A stretch of 20,035 bases of DNA from Candidatus Hydrogenedentota bacterium (lineage in GTDB: Bacteria; Hydrogenedentota; Hydrogenedentia; Hydrogenedentales; JAEUWI01). Positions 1 to 8,457 of this stretch are shown piece by piece. Where the stretch lies: positions 1-20,035 of the forward strand of contig JAXMOL010000079.1 in assembly GCA_034669905.1 (NCBI GenBank). The letters are read 5' to 3'. Position 1 is the stretch's first letter, and each line of letters begins with the position of its first letter. A program made the position numbers and the translations under genes. Under the pieces are notes generated by a model that was given only the letters and a program-made list of their open reading frames with translations, did not search any database and had not been told where the DNA came from.

Positions 1-96
1 AAGGACGCCGGCGTAGACCTTACCGGACCGGAGCCCGTGGAAGCGGCGATGAATCGCTTTGCCGTGCTGGTGGATGAACTGGAGCAGCTCGTCTAG
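1..96 (+). CDS. pepF: Oligoendopeptidase F, C-terminal fragment (gene starts before the window)
   Basis: Frame 1 reads KDAGVDLTGPEPVEAAMNRFAVLVDELEQLV*, resembling the M3B/PepF C-terminus (AGVD-x-T-x-PEP...F...DE.E); TAG at 94-96. Confidence 0.8.
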   Translation, partial: KDAGVDLTGPEPVEAAMNRFAVLVDELEQLV

Positions 97-163
97 CCAA
101 CCGACTATCACCATATCCCTACTACAGCGACCGCGCACACAGATGATGTGCGCGGTTTTTGTG

Positions 164-199
164 TGTGCGAAATCCGGACATCCGTACGGAACCTGCACA
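164..199 (+). promoter_or_regulatory. Putative tandem enhancer sites (GT-N11-AC) for a sigma54 activator
   Basis: TGT-gcgaaatccgg-ACA (164-180) and CGT-acggaacctgc-ACA (183-199), about 200 bp upstream of a GG-N10-GC site and of a PEP-CTERM gene. Confidence 0.4.
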
Positions 200-375
200 C
201 TATTTCGCCACATGACGGAGGACCTCCGCTGTAGGCAATCCATGTTGTCGGTGGCGTCGAAACTTTGCCATCGCTGACAAACTTTGTTCGTGTTTCACGG
301 CGGATCAATTCTTCGTTATCTCTGGCGCCGTTCGCAACCTACCGCACGTCAAGACGATAGCCATTCGCGATCATA

Positions 376-392
376 CGGGCATAAATCTTGCG
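376..392 (+). promoter_or_regulatory. Putative sigma54 (-24/-12) promoter
   Basis: cGGGCATAAATCTTGCg: GG(378-379)-N10-GC(390-391), close to TGGCAC-N5-TTGC. Confidence 0.5.
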
Positions 393-590
393 CCACTTCG
401 GGTGTTGTGCGAAAGAATCGGGTGCAGGAGGGGACGGGGTTTCAGGGTGCGGCTTAGTCTTGGGGACCGGGTACACCATCCTTGCATTCTCATGAATGCT
501 CTCCATCGATCACGACGGAATTTCCGACGATGGGTGCTTCTGTGTCGCTTTCACAATCTTTCGCGATAAGTGAAATGAGGAATTGCAGGA

Positions 591-1490
591 ATGAAGAATA
601 TGAACACGCTTACGAAGAGAAGCCTTTGCTACGGCGCCGCACTCGCCACGGTCGTCTGTACGGGAATCGCTTCCGCCAGTGCATTGGGCGGGGTATTCTC
701 GACCGACCGCTTCGGCTATACCGGCACGGTCACGCGCTATGACACGGAAGCCGACGCACGGAATGCTGTCAACGCGACGGAAGTCGTCGCCATCGAAGAC
801 GATGGTACGCCCGACAATGCGCACGAACACCGGGACGCATCGTTCTCCTTCGTGAACAATGCTTCGGACTATGGCACCGACCAGAATATTCTCATGGGTT
901 CCTGGTGGTACACGACGAACACGCTTGGCCAGGGCCCAGGCTGGGGCAACCACCACGGCAACACCGGCATTGGCTTTATGCAGCTCTATGACGCGGACGG
1001 AAGCACCGACTCGTCCATCAGCATGGACTTCAGCAACTTCGACGGCACCCACTGGACTGAGTTTACGTTGAGCGCCCAGGGCACCAACGCGACCGCAGCA
1101 GACGACTATGCCCGTTTCTCGGTCTATGGTAATGTGGGCGATGGTGGCACCTATCTGGATTACAACCTCAACATCACGGCCACTGGCCTCGAGGGCGTAC
1201 AGACGGGCAACATCATCGAAGCCAATAATCACCCCACCGGCGTCAATGGCACCTTCACGGGCCTCTTCATGGCCTCGGGTGGAGCGAACGACGGCTTCTA
1301 CGCGATTGAGCTTGCTTTCGACACACAAAACTGGGCCTATGACAACCGCAACGATCTGACGTCAACTTATGATAATTTCTTCGACAGCCAGTTCGTAGCC
1401 GTTCACCCCGTCCCCGAGCCCACCACCCTCTCACTGCTGGGTCTTGGACTCGCGGGCATGGCCATTCGCCGTCGTCGTCAGAAAGCCTAA
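591..1490 (+). CDS. PEP-CTERM sorting domain-containing exported protein
   Basis: N-terminal signal peptide; G/N/T/D-rich body; C-terminal VPEPTTLSLLGLGLAGMAIRRRRQKA (PEP + TM helix + basic tail). Alternative start ATG 600. Confidence 0.93.
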   Translation: MKNMNTLTKRSLCYGAALATVVCTGIASASALGGVFSTDRFGYTGTVTRYDTEADARNAVNATEVVAIEDDGTPDNAHEHRDASFSFVNNASDYGTDQNILMGSWWYTTNTLGQGPGWGNHHGNTGIGFMQLYDADGSTDSSISMDFSNFDGTHWTEFTLSAQGTNATAADDYARFSVYGNVGDGGTYLDYNLNITATGLEGVQTGNIIEANNHPTGVNGTFTGLFMASGGANDGFYAIELAFDTQNWAYDNRNDLTSTYDNFFDSQFVAVHPVPEPTTLSLLGLGLAGMAIRRRRQKA

Positions 1491-1541
1491 ACCAGCCATC
1501 CAGGCGCGGGGCAAGCCATCAGGATGCAATGTCTCCCGGTA

Positions 1542-1586
1542 CGGGGCGGCGATATATGGTATTTATCGCCGCCCCGGTTTAATTTT
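1542..1586 (+). terminator. Rho-independent terminator hairpin between convergent genes
   Basis: cggggcggcgata (1542-1554) / tatcgccgccccg (1564-1576), 13-bp perfect stem followed by gtttaatttt. Confidence 0.75.
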
Positions 1587-1601
1587 ATGGGCCTGTTTTT
1601 T

Positions 1602-4394
1602 TCACGACAGCGTGCGGATAAGCAGGGCCACCCAATCCGCTTCGGGTTTATCTGGCACCATTCCCAGGGCAATCGAACCGCCCCCCGTTACCTTGGTCTT
1701 CTCGCCCACAAACTTCCCGGATCGCGGGTTGAACCACCGTTGCACGAAATCGCCGGTCGCCCCGCTCAGGTCCAAGGTGCCCGTCGCCTCCGCCAGTGGC
1801 AGATAAACCGCGTAGACTTCGCCGGCCTTCGCAAAGACCTGACCGGGGAGTTGGTTGTTCTCCCCTTCAAACACGGCCGATCCCGTCAAGAGTCCATCTT
1901 CCGGTTCCATCTCCCAGAAGGGGAGGGTCTCCATAAATTTCCGGGCGATGGCGGTGTAGGTCCAGAGGGCATCCCATTTTCGAAAGTCGTCGGTCCGGAG
2001 TAAATCCGACAAGATGAACTCCACGTTGCCGCCGGAAAAATAGATGGGCCAGAGATATTCTTTCCGGTGTCGTTCGGTGTTCTCCGAGCTCGTCTTGTCT
2101 GGAAAATACTCGTCCATCCCGATGACCAGCGGCTGTCCCGCCGCCACGGACTTGGCGCGCCACGTCTCCACCAGTGCCACCTCGTTCACCTGAAAGGAGC
2201 CCACCGTAAAACGCGGGTCGCCCAGGAAGGCGGTCCAGGTCTTGTCCAGCGTGCTGGAATGGTGCACGGTAATCGGGTGGTCGTAGGGGTCCACATCCTG
2301 GAGATACTGGGCGAAGGCCTTTACCCGGTCCGGCCCGAAATTCAGTTTCAGGTTATATTCCTCGCAGAGGTTCCACTGAATCGCCGGGTGGTGGGCAAAA
2401 CGGGCAACCAGCTCTCTATAATAGAGCTTACGCTCCACGCCCAATTCGCCGTCATCCAGCTCCCGTTTGTTCCGCTCTTCGGCCTCATTCAGCACGAAGT
2501 GCAGCATGATCCCACGACGTTGGGCATGCGCGAATACCCCGTCCCACTGCCCCAGTTTCTTCAGGTCAAAGTGCCGATTGTCGTTCTCCGGATTCCCGTT
2601 CAGGTTCAGGGGTCCCAGAAAGGGGTGTACGTTTTTTCCATCCCCACCAATATTCATGGTCAGCAGGTAGATGCTGTTGATTTCCTTTGCTGCGAGATAG
2701 TTTAACGCGCCGATGATATTCTTGCCTTTGCCACCGCCCCAGTCGGGATCGCCTTCACGCCAGTCTTGCGCGTGATTCGCATAGGTGTGGCCACCAAACT
2801 TACCGGGCTCCGTATTCGCAAAGCCGTCGTAGCCCAGAAAATCTTCGGGACTGTCGGTGCCGCCCTTGAGCCAATAGCCCCCGTCGCGGAATTTCAGATA
2901 GTGGGTGCCTGCATAGTCGAGACGCCCCCAACGGTAGAAGTCCGGGGCATCTTCCGGCACGGGGGCTACCATGAAGGAACCGCTCTGCCCATCGAAGGCC
3001 GTCGCTTCGCCTGCCGAGGGATCGAGGTCTATCGCCACCTGCGCTCCCCTTCGGAAAGACGCCACGTGCTTCCACCCCCCCGTCTCGTCGGGAGAGAAGC
3101 GCGCCCGCCACACACCACCTCGGGGGCCACCCTCGCCATCGCCGTCGAAGTAGCCCGGCACAACGTACTCCCTGCCCGACGGCGAGGTAAAGGTCACCGT
3201 GAGCCGAAAGTCCAGGAAGGGATTGGGCGCGCTGTCCGACGCATTGGCTTCGGGGCCAGCGAAATTCACGGTGACGGGATACCCTTTCCAGAACGCCGCA
3301 AGGATTGGCTCCGCCACCTCTTCTTCGGCGGAGGCTGCCTTGGCCGCCCCCATGGAATCGACCAGGAGCCCCATCACGCGGTTCATGGGTGCGTCCACGT
3401 CGCCCCCCTTGAGCTTGCCCCATTCTCCCTGGGCGCAGACCACGGCCACGTTCAGACTGGGAATAAACACGCTGCAATTCCCACCAAATCCGATGGACAT
3501 CACCGTGTCGGCGGGGGCGCTTGGCCACGTAAGCGCGTCAGGGTGGAGCCGACCGGTATCGTTGAACCACCAGTTGAAGCCATAGATGCCAGGCCCTTCC
3601 TTACTGAAGTGGTCCGAGCCACCGCCAAAAGACCCGATGCCCAGGTAGTCATCATCCTTGCCGTCTTTTTCGGTCTGGGGCAGGTCCTTTGCCGTCTGGG
3701 GCGTCATATAGTCGTCGAAATAATGACGCGGCAGCAGTTGCTCGCCCGCCCAGTTGCCCTTCTGACACCAGAACCAGACAATGCGGGCGAAGTCGCGGAC
3801 CGAGGCTTTCATGCGGTGCTTTTCGGAGAAGCGCAACCCGTCTTCAAACCCCAGGGGGCCGAGTCGCTCGGGGGTGACGGCCGCCGTATTTCCGGAAGCC
3901 CCAAAGACTTTTTCGAAGAGGGTCTTCTGATAGAGCTGGATGGCAAAGTCGTTGTAGGCCCAGGCCTCTCCCGGCCCTTCCGGACGGGCGTAACCGCTGT
4001 TCATGGCCCCCAGGTGCCGAAAGGTCATGCCCTGGTGACGGGGTGTTAACTCCCACCCGAAATCGGCGATGGGCTGGTCCACATCCTTGACCTTACCCTC
4101 TTCGATGGCAAAAAACAGGAGCGTGCTGAACAGGGGCTTCACCGAAGAGAGCCAATCTTTGGACGTGCCCTGGTCGCCCCATTGCTTCACGACGTAGCCG
4201 TCTTTTATTATGCAGCCACGCCCGCCCAACAGTTCCACAATCTGATCCAGCGGGGCGGACTCAAGACCCACCTCGGCAGGGGCCCGAGTCTCCCAATGGG
4301 CATCGGGAAAAACCGTTTCGCCGGTAGCTGCCGAGGCGGCCAACAAAACGCCAAGACACGACACAATTGCCGATGGCCATTTTTTTTGTGACAT
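1602..4394 (-). CDS. Secreted fusion protein: beta-lactamase-family serine hydrolase + DUF5060-like + glycoside-hydrolase-like TIM barrel + C-terminal putative collagen-binding-like domain
   Basis: Signal peptide; SxxK (WLSSVK), WAYND, YGFNWW in the N half; PNPFLDFRLTVTFTSPSG..VPGYFDGDG..WRARFSPDETGGW (DUF5060-like); WNLCEE, DPYDHPITVH; C-terminal WFNPRSG...DWVALL. Start ATG 4394 preferred over TTG 4418. Confidence 0.8.
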   Translation of the reverse strand: MSQKKWPSAIVSCLGVLLAASAATGETVFPDAHWETRAPAEVGLESAPLDQIVELLGGRGCIIKDGYVVKQWGDQGTSKDWLSSVKPLFSTLLFFAIEEGKVKDVDQPIADFGWELTPRHQGMTFRHLGAMNSGYARPEGPGEAWAYNDFAIQLYQKTLFEKVFGASGNTAAVTPERLGPLGFEDGLRFSEKHRMKASVRDFARIVWFWCQKGNWAGEQLLPRHYFDDYMTPQTAKDLPQTEKDGKDDDYLGIGSFGGGSDHFSKEGPGIYGFNWWFNDTGRLHPDALTWPSAPADTVMSIGFGGNCSVFIPSLNVAVVCAQGEWGKLKGGDVDAPMNRVMGLLVDSMGAAKAASAEEEVAEPILAAFWKGYPVTVNFAGPEANASDSAPNPFLDFRLTVTFTSPSGREYVVPGYFDGDGEGGPRGGVWRARFSPDETGGWKHVASFRRGAQVAIDLDPSAGEATAFDGQSGSFMVAPVPEDAPDFYRWGRLDYAGTHYLKFRDGGYWLKGGTDSPEDFLGYDGFANTEPGKFGGHTYANHAQDWREGDPDWGGGKGKNIIGALNYLAAKEINSIYLLTMNIGGDGKNVHPFLGPLNLNGNPENDNRHFDLKKLGQWDGVFAHAQRRGIMLHFVLNEAEERNKRELDDGELGVERKLYYRELVARFAHHPAIQWNLCEEYNLKLNFGPDRVKAFAQYLQDVDPYDHPITVHHSSTLDKTWTAFLGDPRFTVGSFQVNEVALVETWRAKSVAAGQPLVIGMDEYFPDKTSSENTERHRKEYLWPIYFSGGNVEFILSDLLRTDDFRKWDALWTYTAIARKFMETLPFWEMEPEDGLLTGSAVFEGENNQLPGQVFAKAGEVYAVYLPLAEATGTLDLSGATGDFVQRWFNPRSGKFVGEKTKVTGGGSIALGMVPDKPEADWVALLIRTLS

Positions 4395-4499
4395 CTTCAA
4401 TATCCCTATTGGCTGCAACGAACCCCCATCGTAGCGAGTCTAACGAAGCATCAAGAAAAATCCAATTTTCGATTTGGCCCGATGCCCTGGAGATCTATC

Positions 4500-6017
4500 G
4501 TGAAACAAACCCTGCTGCCCATTACCACCCTCCTCCTGACTCTGGCCTTCCTGCCTCAGTCCGTTCACGCCGAAGAAAGCCCCCTGGACGCCCTCACCCG
4601 CCAGCAACACTTTGAGGCCCGGCGCGCGAGCAGTTCCAACGAAGACTTAACGAAGAACGGCGACGCCCGCTCCATCCCGCCCGGCGAAACCCTGGTCCTC
4701 ATGGATGAGGATGGCCCCGGCATCATCACCCACTTCTGGAACACCGTCGGTGCCTACGACATCTTCTACGGTCGCTCCCTCGTCTTGCGCATCTATTACG
4801 ACGGCAGCGAGCACCCGAGCGTCCAATCGCCCCTCGGCGATTTCTTTGGCGTGGGTCACGGAGCGTACGCCAACTACAGCTCGGCCGTGGCCACCGTGTC
4901 TTCTCATGGTCGCTCGCGGACCTGCTATTGGCGTATTCCCTTCAAGAAACACATCAAAGTCACCATCACCAACGACCACCCATCCGAAGAAGTCGACTCC
5001 TTTTATTATTACCTTGACTGGCAGAAACACGATTCCCTGCCCGAGGACACGGCCTATTTCCACGCCGAATACCGTCAGGAGATGCCCGCCACGGCCGGCA
5101 ATTACACCCTCCTCGAAACCGAAGGACGGGGCCATTATGTGGGCACGGTCCACTCCGCCCAACAGGTAGAGCTGGGTTGGCACGGCGAAGGGGACGATTT
5201 TTTCTACATCGATGGCGCAGAGACGCCCCAACTTCGGGGCACGGGCACCGAAGACTATTTCAACGACGCCTGGGGATTTCGGGAGTTTTCCACGCCCTAC
5301 CACGGCGTGAGCCTCTATGAGGGCGTCTTTCCGGGGGACCGGGTAACGGCCTACCGCTGGCACATCACCGACCCCATCCCCTTCTCCACATCGCTGAAAG
5401 TCGATATCGAGCACCGGGGCAGCGTATTCACCGACGAGGCCCAGCACCTGGGCCAGTTTTTCGAGCGGCCCGACTGGGTCAGCTCGGTGGCCTTCTGGTA
5501 CCAGTATCCCCCCAAGAAGATCGATGCGCAGCTTCCACCGGTTGAGAAGCGCATCGCACCCTACCGGATTCTCCCTGTAACCGAGTTGGAATATGACGCC
5601 ACCCCGGCCATGATGCTGGTCCCCGATGACGACGGCCTCACCTATATGCCCGGCACACCCGACGCCCGATTAAACGTCACCTTTGAAGTGGAACAGGACG
5701 GCCGCTATCAACTCAACGGCATCTTCTTTAAATCCATCATGGGGGGCATCTATCAACCCTTGCTGGACAATGTGCCCTTTGGTGTACCCATCGACTTCAC
5801 CATTATCAATGCGGACAGCGTCTGGCAGGCGTTGGACCACCACGACCTCAAAGCCGGGAAGCACACCCTGAGTTTTCAGGGAGTCGATGCCCTTTCCCCC
5901 GTCAGCCGAAAGCAGACCGCCCACATGCGCAGCCTGGGTTTCCAGCGCCTCATTCTTCTGCGCCTGGAAGACATGGAAGGCTACCATCAGCTGCTCAACA
6001 AAAAGCTGGCAAAGTAG
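4500..6017 (+). CDS. DUF2961 / GH172-like secreted glycoside hydrolase with C-terminal extension
   Basis: Motifs GPGIITHFW, PLGDFFGVGHG, CYWRIPF, GEGDDFFYIDG, GTGTEDYFNDAWG, YRWHITDPIPF, SSVAFWYQ; GTG start at 4500 after GGAG, followed by a signal peptide. Confidence 0.88.
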   Translation: MKQTLLPITTLLLTLAFLPQSVHAEESPLDALTRQQHFEARRASSSNEDLTKNGDARSIPPGETLVLMDEDGPGIITHFWNTVGAYDIFYGRSLVLRIYYDGSEHPSVQSPLGDFFGVGHGAYANYSSAVATVSSHGRSRTCYWRIPFKKHIKVTITNDHPSEEVDSFYYYLDWQKHDSLPEDTAYFHAEYRQEMPATAGNYTLLETEGRGHYVGTVHSAQQVELGWHGEGDDFFYIDGAETPQLRGTGTEDYFNDAWGFREFSTPYHGVSLYEGVFPGDRVTAYRWHITDPIPFSTSLKVDIEHRGSVFTDEAQHLGQFFERPDWVSSVAFWYQYPPKKIDAQLPPVEKRIAPYRILPVTELEYDATPAMMLVPDDDGLTYMPGTPDARLNVTFEVEQDGRYQLNGIFFKSIMGGIYQPLLDNVPFGVPIDFTIINADSVWQALDHHDLKAGKHTLSFQGVDALSPVSRKQTAHMRSLGFQRLILLRLEDMEGYHQLLNKKLAK

Positions 6018-6043
6018 GAACCCGCCACCAATTAACAACGCCA

Positions 6044-6200
6044 GTCGTGCCGCGCGATCCCGAGGTACGAGGGTTCGTGCGCTTAGCCGCCGAAAGATTT
6101 AAGGCTGAACTTGTCAGCGACACCGAAATTTCCTGATCCCGCACGTACAGCAGCCCCTGCAAGAGCGCACGAACCGGAGTACCGGATCGCGCGGCACGAC
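6044..6200. repeat. Long intergenic inverted repeat (candidate structured ncRNA or MITE/REPIN)
   Basis: Perfect 17-bp IR 6044-6060/6184-6200, ggtac/gtacc 6064-6068/6179-6183, 12-bp IR 6072-6083/6164-6175. Confidence 0.75.
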
Positions 6201-6375
6201 CTAAGTTTTCTTGTATATCTGTCGGATCTTCTGCGGTTGGCCATCAGAAGCTTTACGATTCCAGAAGAATCTGGATTGTGGGTGAAGCTCACGTACCGGT
6301 CTTTGGTGCCCAAACGACAGGGGCCCTGACTTGCGTCCGGGTCCCACTCGTCCCACCAAAACCGCCTCCCGCGCC

Positions 6376-6945
6376 TTACGGCGCTTCCGCGCTGGCCGTC
6401 TGCACGAGTTCGTAAAGCTCCCGCACCACCACCTTCAGTCCGGGGTCGGCGTCATAGGCCGCAGAAACCAGCTTGCGCGCCGCACCCACGTCGCCACAGG
6501 CTTTGCCACGGGATATCATCTTGCGGCAGGCATCGGGCATGGGACCCCAGTTGCCGCATTCGACAAATTGATCACTGAGGAAAATAAATTTGGGAATGGC
6601 CTCACCGCCATTGGTCAGATAGCGGGTAAAGACATCCAGATACTGTTCCCGGGTCACAAAGCGGACGCGAAGTTGGCTGCCCGCCTGGGCCATGCACTGG
6701 AGTGCGGGCACATGGCGAATAACGTCACCACACCAGTCTTCGGCAATGGCCACCACGTGGACCGGACGCTTCAGCCCGGCGATGCCCTGGGCCACATCGG
6801 CCTCCAGCTTCAAACGGGAAAGTGACGTGGCCATTTCCTGCCGGTTGGCGTCCGACTCGGCATCGTCCATCCAGGCATCAAAGTCCCGTCCGGCGTTGAA
6901 TACTTCTTCCCAATCAATAACCCGAAGTAAGGGGGGGCGTGGCAT
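6376..6945 (-). CDS. Thioredoxin family protein (Thioredoxin_9-like)
   Basis: VVAIAEDWCGDV..VP, YLTNGGEAIPKFIF, WGPMP motifs; AAGGAG upstream of ATG 6945. Confidence 0.85.
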   Translation of the reverse strand: MPRPPLLRVIDWEEVFNAGRDFDAWMDDAESDANRQEMATSLSRLKLEADVAQGIAGLKRPVHVVAIAEDWCGDVIRHVPALQCMAQAGSQLRVRFVTREQYLDVFTRYLTNGGEAIPKFIFLSDQFVECGNWGPMPDACRKMISRGKACGDVGAARKLVSAAYDADPGLKVVVRELYELVQTASAEAP

Positions 6946-7107
6946 GGCATACTCCTTTACCTGTTCTGGAAGCGACTGCCGCAGCGTCTTCCGTCTGTTC
7001 CAACATATGGGGCGCAGTATAACCCGTCCCTCCCCGACAGCGCACACCGGACCCGCCGGGCGCCCGAAAAGTGGAAAAAACGAGGTCCCTTGGTTAAAAT
7101 ATATATT

Positions 7108-8400
7108 ATGCATACACGTTTACACATTCTGTGGATGATCGGGCTCTTGCTGGCCCCGGCGGTCTTGGCGCGGGATGCCTTTGAAGAGCCGCCCATCCGC
7201 TATAGCGAGACCACGGGCAACAACGCCATCACCCAGCTCCAGCAGGCACTGGAAGACGGAAGCAGCGTGCTGATCTATGAACCCGCGCAGGGCTATCTGC
7301 GGTCCCTCCTCCAGGCGCTCGACATCCCCGAGGCGTCCCAACTGCTGGTCTTCTCCAAGACCTCCCTCCAGGTGCGTCACATCACCCCCAGCACCCCCCG
7401 GGCCATCTACTTTAACGATGACGTCTACATCGGCACGGTGCAGCATGGGGACATGTTGGAGATTTCGGCTACGGACCCGGAACTCGGCACCGTCTTTTAC
7501 ACCCTCGACCAGAAGCCCGCCACGCCGCCTCGCTTCGTCCGCCAGGACCACGCCTGCCTCCAGTGTCACGCCACCAACATGACCCGCAACACCCCCGGGC
7601 ATATCGTCCGCTCCGTCTTTGCCGATGCCCAGGGCCAACCCATCTTTAAGGCCGGTTCTCAGCTCACCGACCAGAACACCCCACTGGAAGTGCGTTGGGG
7701 GGGCTGGTACATCACGGGCACCCACGGCGAAGCACGGCACCGGGGCAACGAGATTGCGCGGGAAACCGAGCGAGATGCGGAGATCGACAGGGAAGCCGGG
7801 GCCAATCAAACCGCCCTGCCTGCCCGGGTCGACACGGATCGTTACCTCACACCCCACAGCGACATCGTGGCCATGATGGTATTGGAACACCAGACTCAGC
7901 TTCACAACCTGTTGACGCGGGCCAATTTCGAAACCCGCATGGCCCTCCACCGCCAGGCCATTGGTGACCGCATCTTCGGCCGGGACCCCAACGCCCTCTC
8001 CGAATCCAGCGCCCGCATCGTGAAGAACCTGGGCGACAAGCTGGTGGACTACATGATTTTTGCGGAGGAAGTGGAACTGGATGACCCCATCACCGGCACG
8101 TCGGATTACGCAGCGGTCTTCGCCGCCCGTGGCCCCCGCGACCGCCAGGGCCGCTCTCTCCGGGAACTCGATCTCGAGAGTCGCCTCTTTACGTACCCCC
8201 TGAGCTTCCTCATCTACTCCGAGCAATTCGACAGTCTGCCCGCACCGGTGCGGGACTACGTCTACCAGCGCCTGTGGAACATCTTCACCGGTGTTGAAGC
8301 CACCCCGGATTTGCTTCACCTGACCAATGCCAAGTGTCGTGCGGTTATCGAAATAGTGTCCGAGACCAAGCAAGGTCTGCCAGACTATTGGGTGAAATAG
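7108..8400 (+). CDS. Exported hypothetical protein with one CxxCH heme-c motif
   Basis: Signal peptide; CLQCH; family-like motifs SQLLVFSKTSLQ, PRAIYFNDDVYIG, RWGGWYITGTHG, SDIVAMMVLEHQ. Start uncertain (7090/7108/7135). Confidence 0.8.
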   Translation: MHTRLHILWMIGLLLAPAVLARDAFEEPPIRYSETTGNNAITQLQQALEDGSSVLIYEPAQGYLRSLLQALDIPEASQLLVFSKTSLQVRHITPSTPRAIYFNDDVYIGTVQHGDMLEISATDPELGTVFYTLDQKPATPPRFVRQDHACLQCHATNMTRNTPGHIVRSVFADAQGQPIFKAGSQLTDQNTPLEVRWGGWYITGTHGEARHRGNEIARETERDAEIDREAGANQTALPARVDTDRYLTPHSDIVAMMVLEHQTQLHNLLTRANFETRMALHRQAIGDRIFGRDPNALSESSARIVKNLGDKLVDYMIFAEEVELDDPITGTSDYAAVFAARGPRDRQGRSLRELDLESRLFTYPLSFLIYSEQFDSLPAPVRDYVYQRLWNIFTGVEATPDLLHLTNAKCRAVIEIVSETKQGLPDYWVK

Positions 8401-8457
8401 AAACCGGAACTACACCGGGATCACCTCGCTTCTTTTACAGATATCCTCAAGGGGGCT

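Noticed and set aside
6020..6360. tRNA, tmRNA, hammerhead or retron RNA (ccacca at ~6025 and ~6353; ctgatgg)
   Set aside because: No GTTCRA T-loop or acceptor stem, hammerhead core incomplete, no reverse transcriptase nearby.
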